The notes below the pieces were generated by a model, which was not told the origin of the DNA, made no database searches, and saw only the letters and a list, made by a program, of their open reading frames with translations. The position numbers and the translations under genes are program-made. This document shows positions 27,616-36,932 of a stretch of DNA of 64,000 nucleotides, one piece after another. The DNA comes from a virus, in the IMG/VR virus record IMGVR_UViG_3300031753_000004, positions 8,097 to 72,096 of that record. One strand, given 5' to 3'. The first letter of the stretch is position 1, and every line of letters starts with the position of its first letter.

Positions 27616-28896
27616 TTAGGCCGTGGTTGCATGCAAAATCCCGGTTCTGCTGCTGTAGTCGCTCCTCAGACGCGGCACCTGAATGCAAAGGCACTTAAAG
27701 CACAGCTCCAGTCCGCCCTTCTGCTCCCACTGGACCGTGGTGATGTCCATGCCGTTGATGGCCTGTGCCACCTCGGATGTCATCTGCACGATCACGAAGG
27801 TGTAGAGGTGCGCTGGGATGGCGACACCCGCCCAGGTTGCCGCCACACCCAGCATGCGGTCAAGGCGACGAACGTCCAAAATGTCCGGATTCTTGAGGAG
27901 CATCGTACGCAGGGTCTCGCCGGGGTTGTTTCCGCCGGAGACCGCGTAGACCCGGTTCATGTACTGCGTCCAGTCCGTCGAGTGATAGAGGACGAACGGA
28001 CCATAGAACCCCTGGAGGTAAATCTGGTCGAGGGCCGCCAGCACTTCGTTGTGGGTCGTGTCCGGCACCCAGCCGCCCGTTACGGGAGAGGTAATGTTGG
28101 TCTTGGTCAAACGCTGCGGGAAGTTGGTGTAGCCGTAGACCGTGCTGGTGCCTGTGTGCGTGCCAGGCCCGGCGGTCTGCGTGGCGTAGGTGACGCCGGT
28201 CACGTTGCCGATGAGCGTGTCCTCGATCATCTCACCTACCCGGCGGCCAGCAGCTTCACCCATGACCGTGTCAAGCGGGGTGTTGCTGTTCCGGGACACC
28301 ATCAGCTCGCGGGAGCTGTAGCCGAAGTCCGAGTGGGTAATCGGCAGGGGCAGCGAACGGAGGATGAAGAGTGGTGTATCGTTCCGGCCAGCGGTGCGAG
28401 CGTCCATGTCCACCACGGCCTCGCCGGGGTCGGACATGGCCTGGTATTCGAGGGTCATCTTGCCCATCGCGTTGAACCCGCCGAAGCTGGAGGCTTCAAG
28501 CAGGTCGTTCCATGCCTTCAGGCGCTGGCGGGCGGATCTCACCACCTGGCGGTCGAGCTGTATCCAGTCCTCCTTCCGCAGAGTGGTGGCGTTAGTCACC
28601 ATCGGAAGGTTGTAGCCCTGGTTCCGCAGGTCGTTCGTTAGGTAGCGGCGGAGTAGGGGACGGCGCTCGCCACCAGTGCTGTCGTTCCTGGTGAACCCGC
28701 CCTTCAGGTCGGTGATGGCCACGCATGATCGCCCCCGGTCGTCGAGGAAGGGGCGTCGGAGCCTCGACCAGTTACGGTCAGGCATACTCCCGCCCTGCGG
28801 CAACTGGTTGAAGACGCTGGACTGGTTCTGGTTCCAGGTTGGACCGTAGTGGTCAACCATCTTCGGGTTGGCGACGAATCCGTCGAGCAGGGGCAT
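27616..28896 (-). CDS. Major capsid protein (HK97 fold, encapsulin/linocin-like)
   Basis: Start MPLLDG at 28896 with GGAGG RBS; NATTLRKEDWIQLD, LPLPITHSDF, YGYTNFP, FYGPFVLY, ITTVQWE, IQVPRLRSD. Confidence 0.85.
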   Translation of the reverse strand: MPLLDGFVANPKMVDHYGPTWNQNQSSVFNQLPQGGSMPDRNWSRLRRPFLDDRGRSCVAITDLKGGFTRNDSTGGERRPLLRRYLTNDLRNQGYNLPMVTNATTLRKEDWIQLDRQVVRSARQRLKAWNDLLEASSFGGFNAMGKMTLEYQAMSDPGEAVVDMDARTAGRNDTPLFILRSLPLPITHSDFGYSSRELMVSRNSNTPLDTVMGEAAGRRVGEMIEDTLIGNVTGVTYATQTAGPGTHTGTSTVYGYTNFPQRLTKTNITSPVTGGWVPDTTHNEVLAALDQIYLQGFYGPFVLYHSTDWTQYMNRVYAVSGGNNPGETLRTMLLKNPDILDVRRLDRMLGVAATWAGVAIPAHLYTFVIVQMTSEVAQAINGMDITTVQWEQKGGLELCFKCLCIQVPRLRSDYSSRTGILHATTA

Positions 28897-28967
28897 CTCT
28901 GTTTCCTCCCTCTCCTGTGTTCCGTTGAGTAAAAGCCTCTTACACGAGTCCCTCTTCCGAGAGGGGG

Positions 28968-29447
28968 TTACAGTTTCTTCACCCAGGTCAAGTTGCTCCC
29001 CGCCACCTGAGTCAGCACCTCCAGGCAGATAGCCCAAGGCTGTCCAGGCGTGGTACTGGCAGGGACAAGGATGCCTGTCTCTGCATCCTGCATGAGCACA
29101 TCACCTATGGCATAGGTGTTGCCCGTGCCGGCCACCTCGCCGAGCAGACAGTTGAGTTCGTCACCCGGTATGGGGTGGTAGAGGAAGCACCGGGCACCGC
29201 TGACGTAGGCCGTGGTCATCGAGAGACCTTGCAGGAGATCCTCCCGCAAGACCGCACTGCCCTTGTTGAGACCGTCCGTGGCGCTGTTGGCCGCGATCCA
29301 GCTCCAGCGGCCGGAGCCAGACGACAGAGCGATGGTCGGGTCGATCTCCATAATGGTGCCTGGAGAGGACGTATCGAGGATCGTCCCCTCCTCGTAGTTC
29401 CCTCGGGCGTCGGCCGGGAACACAACGATTCGATTACCCCTTGCCAT
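28968..29447 (-). CDS. Head decoration / capsid cement protein
   Basis: 159 aa between protease and capsid genes; PGDELN, IGDVL. Confidence 0.65.
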   Translation of the reverse strand: MARGNRIVVFPADARGNYEEGTILDTSSPGTIMEIDPTIALSSGSGRWSWIAANSATDGLNKGSAVLREDLLQGLSMTTAYVSGARCFLYHPIPGDELNCLLGEVAGTGNTYAIGDVLMQDAETGILVPASTTPGQPWAICLEVLTQVAGSNLTWVKKL

Positions 29448-29507
29448 TAGTTAGACTCCTCTTCTCTGTTCCGTATGGATAAGTCCCGAGCCTCACGGCA
29501 AGGGGGT

Positions 29508-31943
29508 TTACATCGCCTCTTTCTCAGGCTCGTGCTCCTCGTCCTCACCGCCCACGTCTTGACCAGCCGTGTCCTTGCCCGACTTGTTGCGGATGGACCG
29601 CCGATAGATGCCGCCCGTGTGCTCGGCCGTCAGCGGGAGCACGTCGGCAGACTCGTTCTCAGTCAGGCCGTAGGAACCGGGACCACCCGCAGCCAGGCCG
29701 TAGTTGGCGACCGGATAGCTCTCGTCGAGGTAGTCTTCATTGGCCGTGGGGATCAGGCTCACAAGCAGGCGCAGCTCGCTGAGGTCCTTCTGCATGAATT
29801 GGTTGCCGATGGCTTGGCGGTCCTCGGGACGGACGTTAGTGATGAGCCTGGTGACGAGTTTGATCTTCTGCTCACGCACGGCTCGCAGGTTCTCCCTCGC
29901 CGCCTCCTTCACCGGGGCCGGTACGTTGGGGTCGTTGAACCAGGCGTTCATCACCGCGCGGGAGTTGCCCTTCGGCCCGTCCTTTTTCTCGATCTTGACC
30001 CCTTGCTCGTCGTACTCGTCCTCAATCTCCTTGTGCTTCTTGCCCTCGTCATCCACGGCTTGCCCCTGCTCGGGCTTCTCCTCGGTCATGACGTTGGTCT
30101 TAGCATTGCCCACCGGAGCCTTGGCGATTTCCCCGAGCAGGCGCTTGAGTTCGTCGTCGCTCATCCGGTTGTAGGCGAGCTTGTCCTGCTCGCACGCGCA
30201 GTTGGCGGTCAGGAGCCGGAGCGCCTGCCCTCTGCTGTATCCGACTGTTCCGAAGTTAGGCATGGTGGTCTCCTGTTCCTGATTTCCGATCATCGACGCT
30301 TGATGCAGACTCGCCGCCTTCCGGTGAAGCGCTGCCGCGTTATCGTGTTGGTCCGCTGTATTGGGGTCTTTGTTCTTGCGTGCATCCGTGGCCGCGTCCT
30401 CATGGGCCTCGGCCGCCTTGGTGTGGAAGCTGGCCGCCTTCTTGCTATTGCCTTCCTTGCTATGGTCCACTGCTGCCAGCGCCGGCTCGCGCGCCGGGGG
30501 ATGCTCTGCCATGAGCGATGCACCAGCGGCTTGCTTGCTGGCGTCGTGCGCCGGTGGCACTGGGGGCGGATTGAACTGACTAGGCGGTCCCATAGGTATC
30601 CCCTGTGGTGCTTGGTTGTGTGCGCTCAAAGTGCTGATGTCCCCACCACTGCCACCGCCCAGTGTTGCTCCGGAGCTACCACCTCCAGCCCCACCAGCGA
30701 AGTTGTCCTCCAGAGCATCCTTTGCTTTGCCGCCCTTGAGCGCGGTTTCGTTCATCTTGTTCCACTCGTCGTTCGTGAGGTCGGTCTCATGGTGGGTCTC
30801 GGCAGGAGGCTTGGGATTGCCTGGGACGTACTGTTGATCTAGTGCCAGAGGCTTCTCGGGGTGCTCATCTCCGTACCAGCCTCCGTAGCCATCCTTCGCG
30901 GCCTCATGCACGTCGCCCTTTCCTGTTCCGGCCCCGTGTTCCATGTACTGCCCCGTCTCTGGGTGCTGAGGGTTGCCGTACTTGCCGGCGTTGACGCTGA
31001 ACCAATCCATGAAGCGCTCGAGGAGAGTCTTGGGCATGGCATTAACGGCAGGACTATGGGCTTTTGCAGCAGCCATGTGAAGTTCCGCCGCCTTGGTGTG
31101 TAATGCTGCCGCCGCCGGGTAGCCCATCTCGGTTTCCCTAGCCGCTGCTGCCGTATGGAGCTTGGCCGTGTCCTCGTGGGCTGCTTTAGCAGACCCATGC
31201 TGCTGCTTATCCGAAGCCATCAGCGCGTGAGTTGATGAGCGAGCGGTGTATTCGGCATCGACGTTCGTCTTGGCTTTGTCTAGCTTGTGGCTATCTGCCT
31301 CCATCGTTGCTTGATGGGCATGTTTGGTAGCCGTACTAGGACGAGGCCCAGACCCAGGACCACCGTTCACCATCACCCCGCAACCCTGCTCGTTGGAACA
31401 AGCGCCCTTCTGGTCGGGAAGTATGGCGATGTGATCGGGGCGGTAGTTGCGCGCCGTGAACTCATAGGGGGTGCCGTTGTGAGTGGTGCCTTCCGGCACC
31501 GCTTCGTTGTCTGTGAAGAGCCCGGTCGATAGTTCAATGGGCTTGTTCTTGAGCAGGCGCGGCAGAATTGGCTCAACGCCGCGATTCACCAGCTTGTTGT
31601 CTACCTGTCGCGTCTTCTCTTCATCGAACCAGCCTTCGCTGAGCATCTTCCCGTTGATGTGCGTCTTCCGGTTAAAGCCGATGCCCCAGTTCTGGATGAT
31701 GCCGGGGTCGCGCGCGGAGACATGCCTACCCTGAGAATCGGTAGGATGCCACACCACCAAGGGCATGTAATCCCATGCCTTGTAGCTGTTGCGAGTCTCG
31801 CGCTCTGGGTAGAACAGCGGCCCCTGGCTGCCGTGTAGCACGCCGTTCAGCGGCAGAAGAGACATGGGGGCGACAAGGAAGCTGCGGCCGTTCAGAGTTT
31901 CACGCCGTACCTTGCCAGCCAGGTTGACCGAGAAAATCTCCAT
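29508..31943 (-). CDS. DUF2213-type prohead protease/scaffold with internal His/Ala-repeat inserts
   Basis: VRRETLNGRSFLVAP, PLVVWHP, IELSTGL, PDHIAILPDQKGACSNEQGCG; AAxxHxxAA repeats; charged scaffold-like C-terminus. Confidence 0.8.
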   Translation of the reverse strand: MEIFSVNLAGKVRRETLNGRSFLVAPMSLLPLNGVLHGSQGPLFYPERETRNSYKAWDYMPLVVWHPTDSQGRHVSARDPGIIQNWGIGFNRKTHINGKMLSEGWFDEEKTRQVDNKLVNRGVEPILPRLLKNKPIELSTGLFTDNEAVPEGTTHNGTPYEFTARNYRPDHIAILPDQKGACSNEQGCGVMVNGGPGSGPRPSTATKHAHQATMEADSHKLDKAKTNVDAEYTARSSTHALMASDKQQHGSAKAAHEDTAKLHTAAAARETEMGYPAAAALHTKAAELHMAAAKAHSPAVNAMPKTLLERFMDWFSVNAGKYGNPQHPETGQYMEHGAGTGKGDVHEAAKDGYGGWYGDEHPEKPLALDQQYVPGNPKPPAETHHETDLTNDEWNKMNETALKGGKAKDALEDNFAGGAGGGSSGATLGGGSGGDISTLSAHNQAPQGIPMGPPSQFNPPPVPPAHDASKQAAGASLMAEHPPAREPALAAVDHSKEGNSKKAASFHTKAAEAHEDAATDARKNKDPNTADQHDNAAALHRKAASLHQASMIGNQEQETTMPNFGTVGYSRGQALRLLTANCACEQDKLAYNRMSDDELKRLLGEIAKAPVGNAKTNVMTEEKPEQGQAVDDEGKKHKEIEDEYDEQGVKIEKKDGPKGNSRAVMNAWFNDPNVPAPVKEAARENLRAVREQKIKLVTRLITNVRPEDRQAIGNQFMQKDLSELRLLVSLIPTANEDYLDESYPVANYGLAAGGPGSYGLTENESADVLPLTAEHTGGIYRRSIRNKSGKDTAGQDVGGEDEEHEPEKEAM

Positions 31944-31944
31944 C

Positions 31945-31986
31945 TGCTATGAAACGTAACCGTGCATTGGGCACGGTGACATAGCA
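31945..31986 (-). promoter_or_regulatory. Hairpin immediately upstream of the protease start codon
   Basis: Nested inverted repeats TGCTATG/CATAGCA and ACCGTGC/GCACGGT ending 1 nt before ATG at 31943. Confidence 0.4.
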
Positions 31987-32027
31987 ACGCCCAAAGTATT
32001 TACGGGGGTTAAGACGAGAGAAGTGAG

Positions 32028-32279
32028 CTACTCGACCGCCTTGACATGCTGGTAGTAGGTGAACCCATCAATGATTACCACTGCGATGGTCTCACCGTTG
32101 GGACGTAGCTTGCGCCTGATACTGGAGAGGTGTGGGCGAATGTTGATTAGTCGGCCCATGTCGTCTGGTAGGCAGGCGTGGAGGTCGGCCTTGGTGTGGA
32201 GACGGCCGTCTCTGAGGAGTTGGAGCATCAGTCTTTCTGTAGGCGTGAATCCGTTCGCGCTAATCGGTCGGCTCCTCAT
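32028..32279 (-). CDS. Small winged-HTH protein
   Basis: FTPTERLMLQLL...IRPHLSSIRRKL (OmpR-like C-terminal pattern). Confidence 0.6.
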   Translation of the reverse strand: MRSRPISANGFTPTERLMLQLLRDGRLHTKADLHACLPDDMGRLINIRPHLSSIRRKLRPNGETIAVVIIDGFTYYQHVKAVE

Positions 32280-32571
32280 CCGGCACTTGCGAGTAGTGCA
32301 AGTCGTCATGATGGAAAAGCGGCTGACGTTTAGCAGCCCTCTCCTCCAGTACACGGATCTTTGCTTCGGTCCCAGGGATAGCTCTCACCGGCCACGTAGG
32401 GACCGTGCTCATCTCCCCGCCGTAGTCGTTGCATCGTTCGCCTTTGCATGACTTGGCGACTCGTGGATACAGCACGCGAATCTCAACGCGCCGGTAGCAG
32501 CGCCAGCACAGGCCGCGTGACTCGGTTCCGGGTAGTCTCCGGCAGTGGCGGCAGTAGGGGATGGTGTTCAT
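32260..32571 (-). CDS. Zinc-finger protein with planctomycete-type PGxxxKIxVLxxRA..LFH domain
   Basis: CRHC...RGLCWRCY; AIPGTEAKIRVLEERAAKRQPLFHHDD. Confidence 0.6.
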   Translation of the reverse strand: MNTIPYCRHCRRLPGTESRGLCWRCYRRVEIRVLYPRVAKSCKGERCNDYGGEMSTVPTWPVRAIPGTEAKIRVLEERAAKRQPLFHHDDLHYSQVPDEEPTD

Positions 32572-35500
32572 AGGATTCCCTCCGGCGCATCGCTGGCCTC
32601 GAAGTCATCTAGACTCTTGGCTCCAGACTTCTCGGCAGCTTCCTCAATGTCTTCCTTGGTTCGCTTTTGATCTGAGTCGTCTTCGCCCACGTTGGCCGGC
32701 AAAAATGCGCATCTACAGTTCACGTGCGCCGGGATCATTCCGTGAGCATCATCGATGCTTAGCACAACCCCTTCCATCGGCGAACATTCTTCGCAATTAT
32801 GGACAAGCACACCATTAGCGTAAAACTCCTCTTCATCTTCCACCTGGATGTTGTAGACTGGAAGTGGAATACCAAGCAGTGAATGACCTATTACATCGCT
32901 TTCAGTCAAGAGAGCATAACAATGCCGTTTGAGTTCACGTGCCCCACTTGCAGCACAAGTTTTTATCGACGCACTAAGGGACTCTATCGTGGAGTGAAGA
33001 AGCGCTATTGCTCGTTCGCGTGTTCCCTCAAAGGCAGGAGGGAGGGTGGCTTTAAGTTCGTCTGCGACCAGTGCGGCAAGACATTCAAGAGTCATACTGC
33101 GACTCAAAAGGCCTCCTGCTCTCGCCGGTTCTGTTCCCATCGGTGCTATTCGCTGGCCCGCCGCAATGGTGCCGAACATCCTTGCCCGATTTGTGGGAAG
33201 AAGATCCATCGGTGGGCTAGTTCTATCGTCAAAGGCGATCGGCGCTTCTGCTCCAGATCTTGTTACGAGTCCTCTAGGCAAAACGAGGTCGCTAAGGTCT
33301 GCCTCGGCTGCGGTAAGTCCTTCACTGTCAATGGCTCTACTTCCGACCGATACGCATATTGTTCGGTCAAGTGCCGGGTCAAAACCAAGGGAGGCGAATA
33401 CAGACGGTGCCGGTCCTGCGGAAAGCGAATCCTTTTGGGCGGCTGTGATAAACGCCGTGGCAATATGAGGAAACATTGCTCCGAAGAGTGTCGCCGTCCT
33501 CCAGTTATCCAGAAGTGCGTCACCTGCGGCACTGAATTTAGGAGAGTTCCATCCAACACCAAGAGGCGCTTTTGCTCGTTCGCTTGCTACCGTCGCTCGC
33601 GCCATGAAACCTCTCTTGAGCGAATGGTACGGCTCGCACTTGACAGGCTCGGCATCGCTTACATCCAAGAGGCACGAGTCGGCCGGTTCTCTGTGGACTT
33701 CTTGCTCCCACACACGATGGTCGCTATTGAGGCCGACGGCACCTACTGGCATCGAAACACCGAGAGGGACGCCAGGAAGAATACGTGCCTCTCCCGCTTG
33801 GGATGGCGCGTCTACCGAATCACCGAAGCGGAAGTTAATAATGCCAAGGATGTCGGCAAGCTCATTTCCGACCGTCTGCAATGTCTGTTCTAACCGAAGT
33901 TTCCCGGCCGCTGTCCATCCTTGTTCCGAAGTCCAGAACGGGTGATTGGCGGTCGATGTGTTCCTGCCGACCGCTGTGAGTACGGTCGTCATCGGTCCTT
34001 CGTAGTCTCTCACGAACGTCTTGAGAACCGCACGCCAGCCGCCTCTTGTCCTCACTTTCATGCCGACCAGTATGTCTTGGATCGGCACTTCGCCTTCCTC
34101 CGTCTCGACCAGAGTCCACGCTGGAAAACACACATGGTCGTCCCCTGCCGTGCTCCACTCGACCGCTACGCCGACCTCTTGCACTCCCAGGTCTTCCATT
34201 GCGTCAAGCTGCCCTTCGGCGTGGGCTCGGATAATCTCCGTGCGTGCAACCGCTTCCGCCCTCACCTCCGAAAATCCAACCTCGTCCTCCAGGTCGCCAG
34301 CAATCTCCAAGGGATGCTTTCCTTGCACTAATCCATCTGTGAGGGCTCTGCTGCACTTATTCGACATATCCTCCGTCACGTTCTTCAGCTCATCGAACGT
34401 GCGGTCAGCCAGAAGCCGCACTTTCTCAATCGACTCCGGCTGCGCGAAAGACGACCGCAGGAACTCTTCGCGCGTGCCCCGGTAGAAGTCGCTCACCGAC
34501 TGTTGCGCCTCAGCCGTGAATAGCTCGGGATGCTCCTTGCCCAGCTTGGACATTCGCACATCGTCAAACGCTCTGCCGGCGCCTTTGGCGAAGCCTTCTT
34601 GGATGTATCGCTTCCAGCGCTCCTCTTCGGTTTCGTTGCTGATGAGGGAGAACGTCTGCCGCTTGAGCCACGCCTGGAATGCCTTCACCTTGTCGGTGGG
34701 ATCGTGGAACATCCAGCGGGTGTTGACTACCAGCGAGTATGTTCCTTCGACGTGGCGGAAGGGAACCTCAACGGTTCTGAACTCTCTGGCGTTGGTAGTC
34801 AACATCGGCTTCGGATGCTTCTCGTACAAGTCGTGCGCCAGGTCAATAGCCTGCATCACCCCGCCCGTCTCGTCCAATGCCGCCGACAAGAGAGCGTAGT
34901 ACCAATCGTTGAACCCGTGCGCCTCGAGCGCCATAGCCACGGTCGCAGCGTTCTCTTGCTCCGAGTTGTGGATGAGGTATCGCTTGACACCACCGCTCAC
35001 CTTGCCGGCCGCCTCTTTGACGAGCCCGGTAGCAGCACGGATTGTGGCCAGCGGATCGCGGGCCGTCGAATACGCCAGATATCCCACCGAGGCCACAGGC
35101 AGAGTCCCGGTCACTAGCGCGGGCAGATGGGCCGCATGGACGCCTGCTATGGCGCTGAACTTAAACGCCTCGAATGTGCCGAGGTCGATCTTGCTGAGCA
35201 CCCCTCGGAGTTGCTTGGCCTGCTCTGGAGTATGGCCACGCTCTCGCGCTGTCCTCTCGGCGAGCGCCTGCGTGGACGTGAAGACTGCGAACGCGGCAGA
35301 GATCCCCATCTTGCCGGCGTAGGCTAGCGGGCCGTAGGTGGCATTCACCGCGTGGGGTAAGTGATCTGGCAGGCTTGATACCGCTTTACCAATGCCGTCT
35401 GCTGCGTAGGACTTGGCAAGGTGCTCGATATGGGCAGCGCCGGTGCCTACTGCCTTCAGGCCGGTAAGCATGCCGGAGAAGGAGATCCTACCTTCGCCTT

Positions 35501-36449
35501 CAAGAGAACCGAACTCGCCGCCTTCGCCCCATCTGCCGTGTTCGTCGCGGGGCTGGTCTGGGCTCCAATTCCGAATGACTTGATCCCTGATTGGCATTCC
35601 TGTTCCGCTGCCACCTATCCAATGCTTGAAGGCCGACATGGTGACGGCCTTCATCCCGTCGAACCCGGTCCAGCCCTCCGAGTAGTTATCGTGATAGGCT
35701 TTCTTGGCGTCCTTCGCATTCGTGAAGCCGACCATGCACTTGTGCTCGTCGAACGTACCGTCCTGCCGCTTCTGGTCGATGATGAACACGACCTCGCTCT
35801 CTGGGTGCGGACCTAGAAACACGTCCACATGGTCACCGTCCGCCTCGCTCTCAGTCCTCTTGATGTAGCCGTAGTGGTGGGCCATTCGCTGGACGTAGCT
35901 CTTGCCCCGGCGAAGGTTGCCGGCCGCTACCTCTATGGTGATCGGAAGCCCCTGGACCGTGACATGGCCCTTGCGGTAGTTGCCCGCCTCTTTCTGCTCG
36001 GGTGATGGGTCGGGGTCGGCCTCACTTGCTGCCGCCTCAATCGCCGCTCGTAGATCGCGGTTTACCGTAAACGGCTCTCGCTCCTTCAGCCCGAAGGCGT
36101 CCTCGTCCACCAAAAGCTTGACGATCCTACCCTTGAGGAGCGCAAACTGCCGCTTGATCTTGGCACAGAACGCCCGGCGCATCGTCACAGTTTTTGTCGG
36201 ATCAAGGCGCGATGCCTTGACGCTCGGCTTCTTCTTGGCCTTTTTGTTGGCGCGGAGTTTCAGCTTGTTTGTGGCGATGCGGTTCGGTTTGCGCTTGGGG
36301 AGCTTCTTGCCCTTTGGAGTGTGCTCCTCCCAGCGCTTGGCCATAGCGGGATCGTTGGCGTGCATCCATGCGCGCTGTTTTTCAGATACAAACGGGTTCA
36401 CCGTCAGGGCGTTGGCCGTCGGTCGGCGCTTCTTGGGTCGGACTTTCAT
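32568..36449 (-). CDS. Polyvalent Mu gpF-like head morphogenesis protein with InPase-like domain and an intein
   Basis: Probable start MKVRPKK at 36449; RAEAVARTEIIRA, EWSTAGDDHV/CEEC...IPAHVNCRC (gpF); EQKEAGNYRKGHV...HYGYI...DGDHVDVF...FDEHKCMVGF (InPase-like domain of polyvalent proteins); WSPDQPRDEHGRW. Confidence 0.85.
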   Translation of the reverse strand: MKVRPKKRRPTANALTVNPFVSEKQRAWMHANDPAMAKRWEEHTPKGKKLPKRKPNRIATNKLKLRANKKAKKKPSVKASRLDPTKTVTMRRAFCAKIKRQFALLKGRIVKLLVDEDAFGLKEREPFTVNRDLRAAIEAAASEADPDPSPEQKEAGNYRKGHVTVQGLPITIEVAAGNLRRGKSYVQRMAHHYGYIKRTESEADGDHVDVFLGPHPESEVVFIIDQKRQDGTFDEHKCMVGFTNAKDAKKAYHDNYSEGWTGFDGMKAVTMSAFKHWIGGSGTGMPIRDQVIRNWSPDQPRDEHGRWGEGGEFGSLEGEGRISFSGMLTGLKAVGTGAAHIEHLAKSYAADGIGKAVSSLPDHLPHAVNATYGPLAYAGKMGISAAFAVFTSTQALAERTARERGHTPEQAKQLRGVLSKIDLGTFEAFKFSAIAGVHAAHLPALVTGTLPVASVGYLAYSTARDPLATIRAATGLVKEAAGKVSGGVKRYLIHNSEQENAATVAMALEAHGFNDWYYALLSAALDETGGVMQAIDLAHDLYEKHPKPMLTTNAREFRTVEVPFRHVEGTYSLVVNTRWMFHDPTDKVKAFQAWLKRQTFSLISNETEEERWKRYIQEGFAKGAGRAFDDVRMSKLGKEHPELFTAEAQQSVSDFYRGTREEFLRSSFAQPESIEKVRLLADRTFDELKNVTEDMSNKCSRALTDGLVQGKHPLEIAGDLEDEVGFSEVRAEAVARTEIIRAHAEGQLDAMEDLGVQEVGVAVEWSTAGDDHVCFPAWTLVETEEGEVPIQDILVGMKVRTRGGWRAVLKTFVRDYEGPMTTVLTAVGRNTSTANHPFWTSEQGWTAAGKLRLEQTLQTVGNELADILGIINFRFGDSVDAPSQAGEARILPGVPLGVSMPVGAVGLNSDHRVWEQEVHREPADSCLLDVSDAEPVKCEPYHSLKRGFMARATVASERAKAPLGVGWNSPKFSAAGDALLDNWRTATLFGAMFPHIATAFITAAQKDSLSAGPAPSVFASLGFDPALDRTICVSVGSRAIDSEGLTAAEADLSDLVLPRGLVTRSGAEAPIAFDDRTSPPMDLLPTNRARMFGTIAAGQRIAPMGTEPARAGGLLSRSMTLECLAALVADELKATLPPAFEGTRERAIALLHSTIESLSASIKTCAASGARELKRHCYALLTESDVIGHSLLGIPLPVYNIQVEDEEEFYANGVLVHNCEECSPMEGVVLSIDDAHGMIPAHVNCRCAFLPANVGEDDSDQKRTKEDIEEAAEKSGAKSLDDFEASDAPEGIL
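32796..34130 (-). mobile_element. Contiguous intein (445 aa) in the gpF-like protein
   Basis: Block A CFPAWTLVET, block B TANHPFWT, blocks F/G VYNIQVEDEEEFYANGVLVHN followed by +1 Cys; removal restores the gpF motif WSTAGDDHVCEEC. Confidence 0.92.
32883..33893 (+). CDS. Zinc-finger-repeat endonuclease (Vsr/DUF559-like PD-(D/E)xK C-terminus) nested antisense within the intein
   Basis: Six CxxC...CSxxC repeats, then ETSLE, RFSVDF, IEADGTYWH, DARKN, GWRVYRI; probable start ATG 32922 after AAGAGAG. Confidence 0.88.
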   Translation: MTYYIAFSQESITMPFEFTCPTCSTSFYRRTKGLYRGVKKRYCSFACSLKGRREGGFKFVCDQCGKTFKSHTATQKASCSRRFCSHRCYSLARRNGAEHPCPICGKKIHRWASSIVKGDRRFCSRSCYESSRQNEVAKVCLGCGKSFTVNGSTSDRYAYCSVKCRVKTKGGEYRRCRSCGKRILLGGCDKRRGNMRKHCSEECRRPPVIQKCVTCGTEFRRVPSNTKRRFCSFACYRRSRHETSLERMVRLALDRLGIAYIQEARVGRFSVDFLLPHTMVAIEADGTYWHRNTERDARKNTCLSRLGWRVYRITEAEVNNAKDVGKLISDRLQCLF

Positions 36450-36573
36450 TTCTTGTCCTTGAGCAGGTCCCGTATCTGCCGCAGATAGGCGGAGATGTTG
36501 CACAGAACCAAGAATGACAACACGGCCAGGGTCGCCTTTGCCCACTCATCAAGCAGGTTTTCGTATGCTCCAA

Positions 36574-36927
36574 TCATCGTTGTCTGCTCCTCAGCAACTC
36601 CTCAATATCGCCAAGATCATCTTTGAGCCACTGTTTGACGCCTCGGAACGCCTCAAGCGCCTCCGGGCTGTTGACCGTCACCCAGCGCAGTTCGCTCCGT
36701 CTCCAGTCTGGCTTGTCCTTACCGAGAAAGAACTGGCCCTCTACCCGCCTCCGCAGATCCATGCTGTCAAGAATGTACTCCAGCTTGACATCCTTTTTAT
36801 GGAGATTGCACACTCCCTCCAGCATCAGGTAGTAGGGACGCTCCTTGTTGGGGTCCAGAGGGCGAGCGTGGTACACCCTCAGCTGGACATTCCACTCGGC
36901 CGGCTTGGGGCAGAAGAAGCATTTCAT
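36574..36927 (-). CDS. Hypothetical protein with CxxC/CxxH
   Basis: MKCFFCPKPA...VCNLH. Confidence 0.45.
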   Translation of the reverse strand: MKCFFCPKPAEWNVQLRVYHARPLDPNKERPYYLMLEGVCNLHKKDVKLEYILDSMDLRRRVEGQFFLGKDKPDWRRSELRWVTVNSPEALEAFRGVKQWLKDDLGDIEELLRSRQR

Positions 36928-36932
36928 TTCTC

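Noticed and set aside
27616-28896. Cellular encapsulin operon
   Set aside because: The encapsulin-like protein sits in canonical phage order (TerL, portal, gpF, protease, decoration, capsid), so it is the major capsid protein.
29475-30842. 455-aa + strand ORF (also 27613..28641 and 20441..21388)
   Set aside because: Antisense shadows of GC-rich minus-strand genes with no protein motifs. Long antisense ORFs arise easily here, so the intein-nested ORF was accepted only because it has clear zinc-finger and nuclease motifs.
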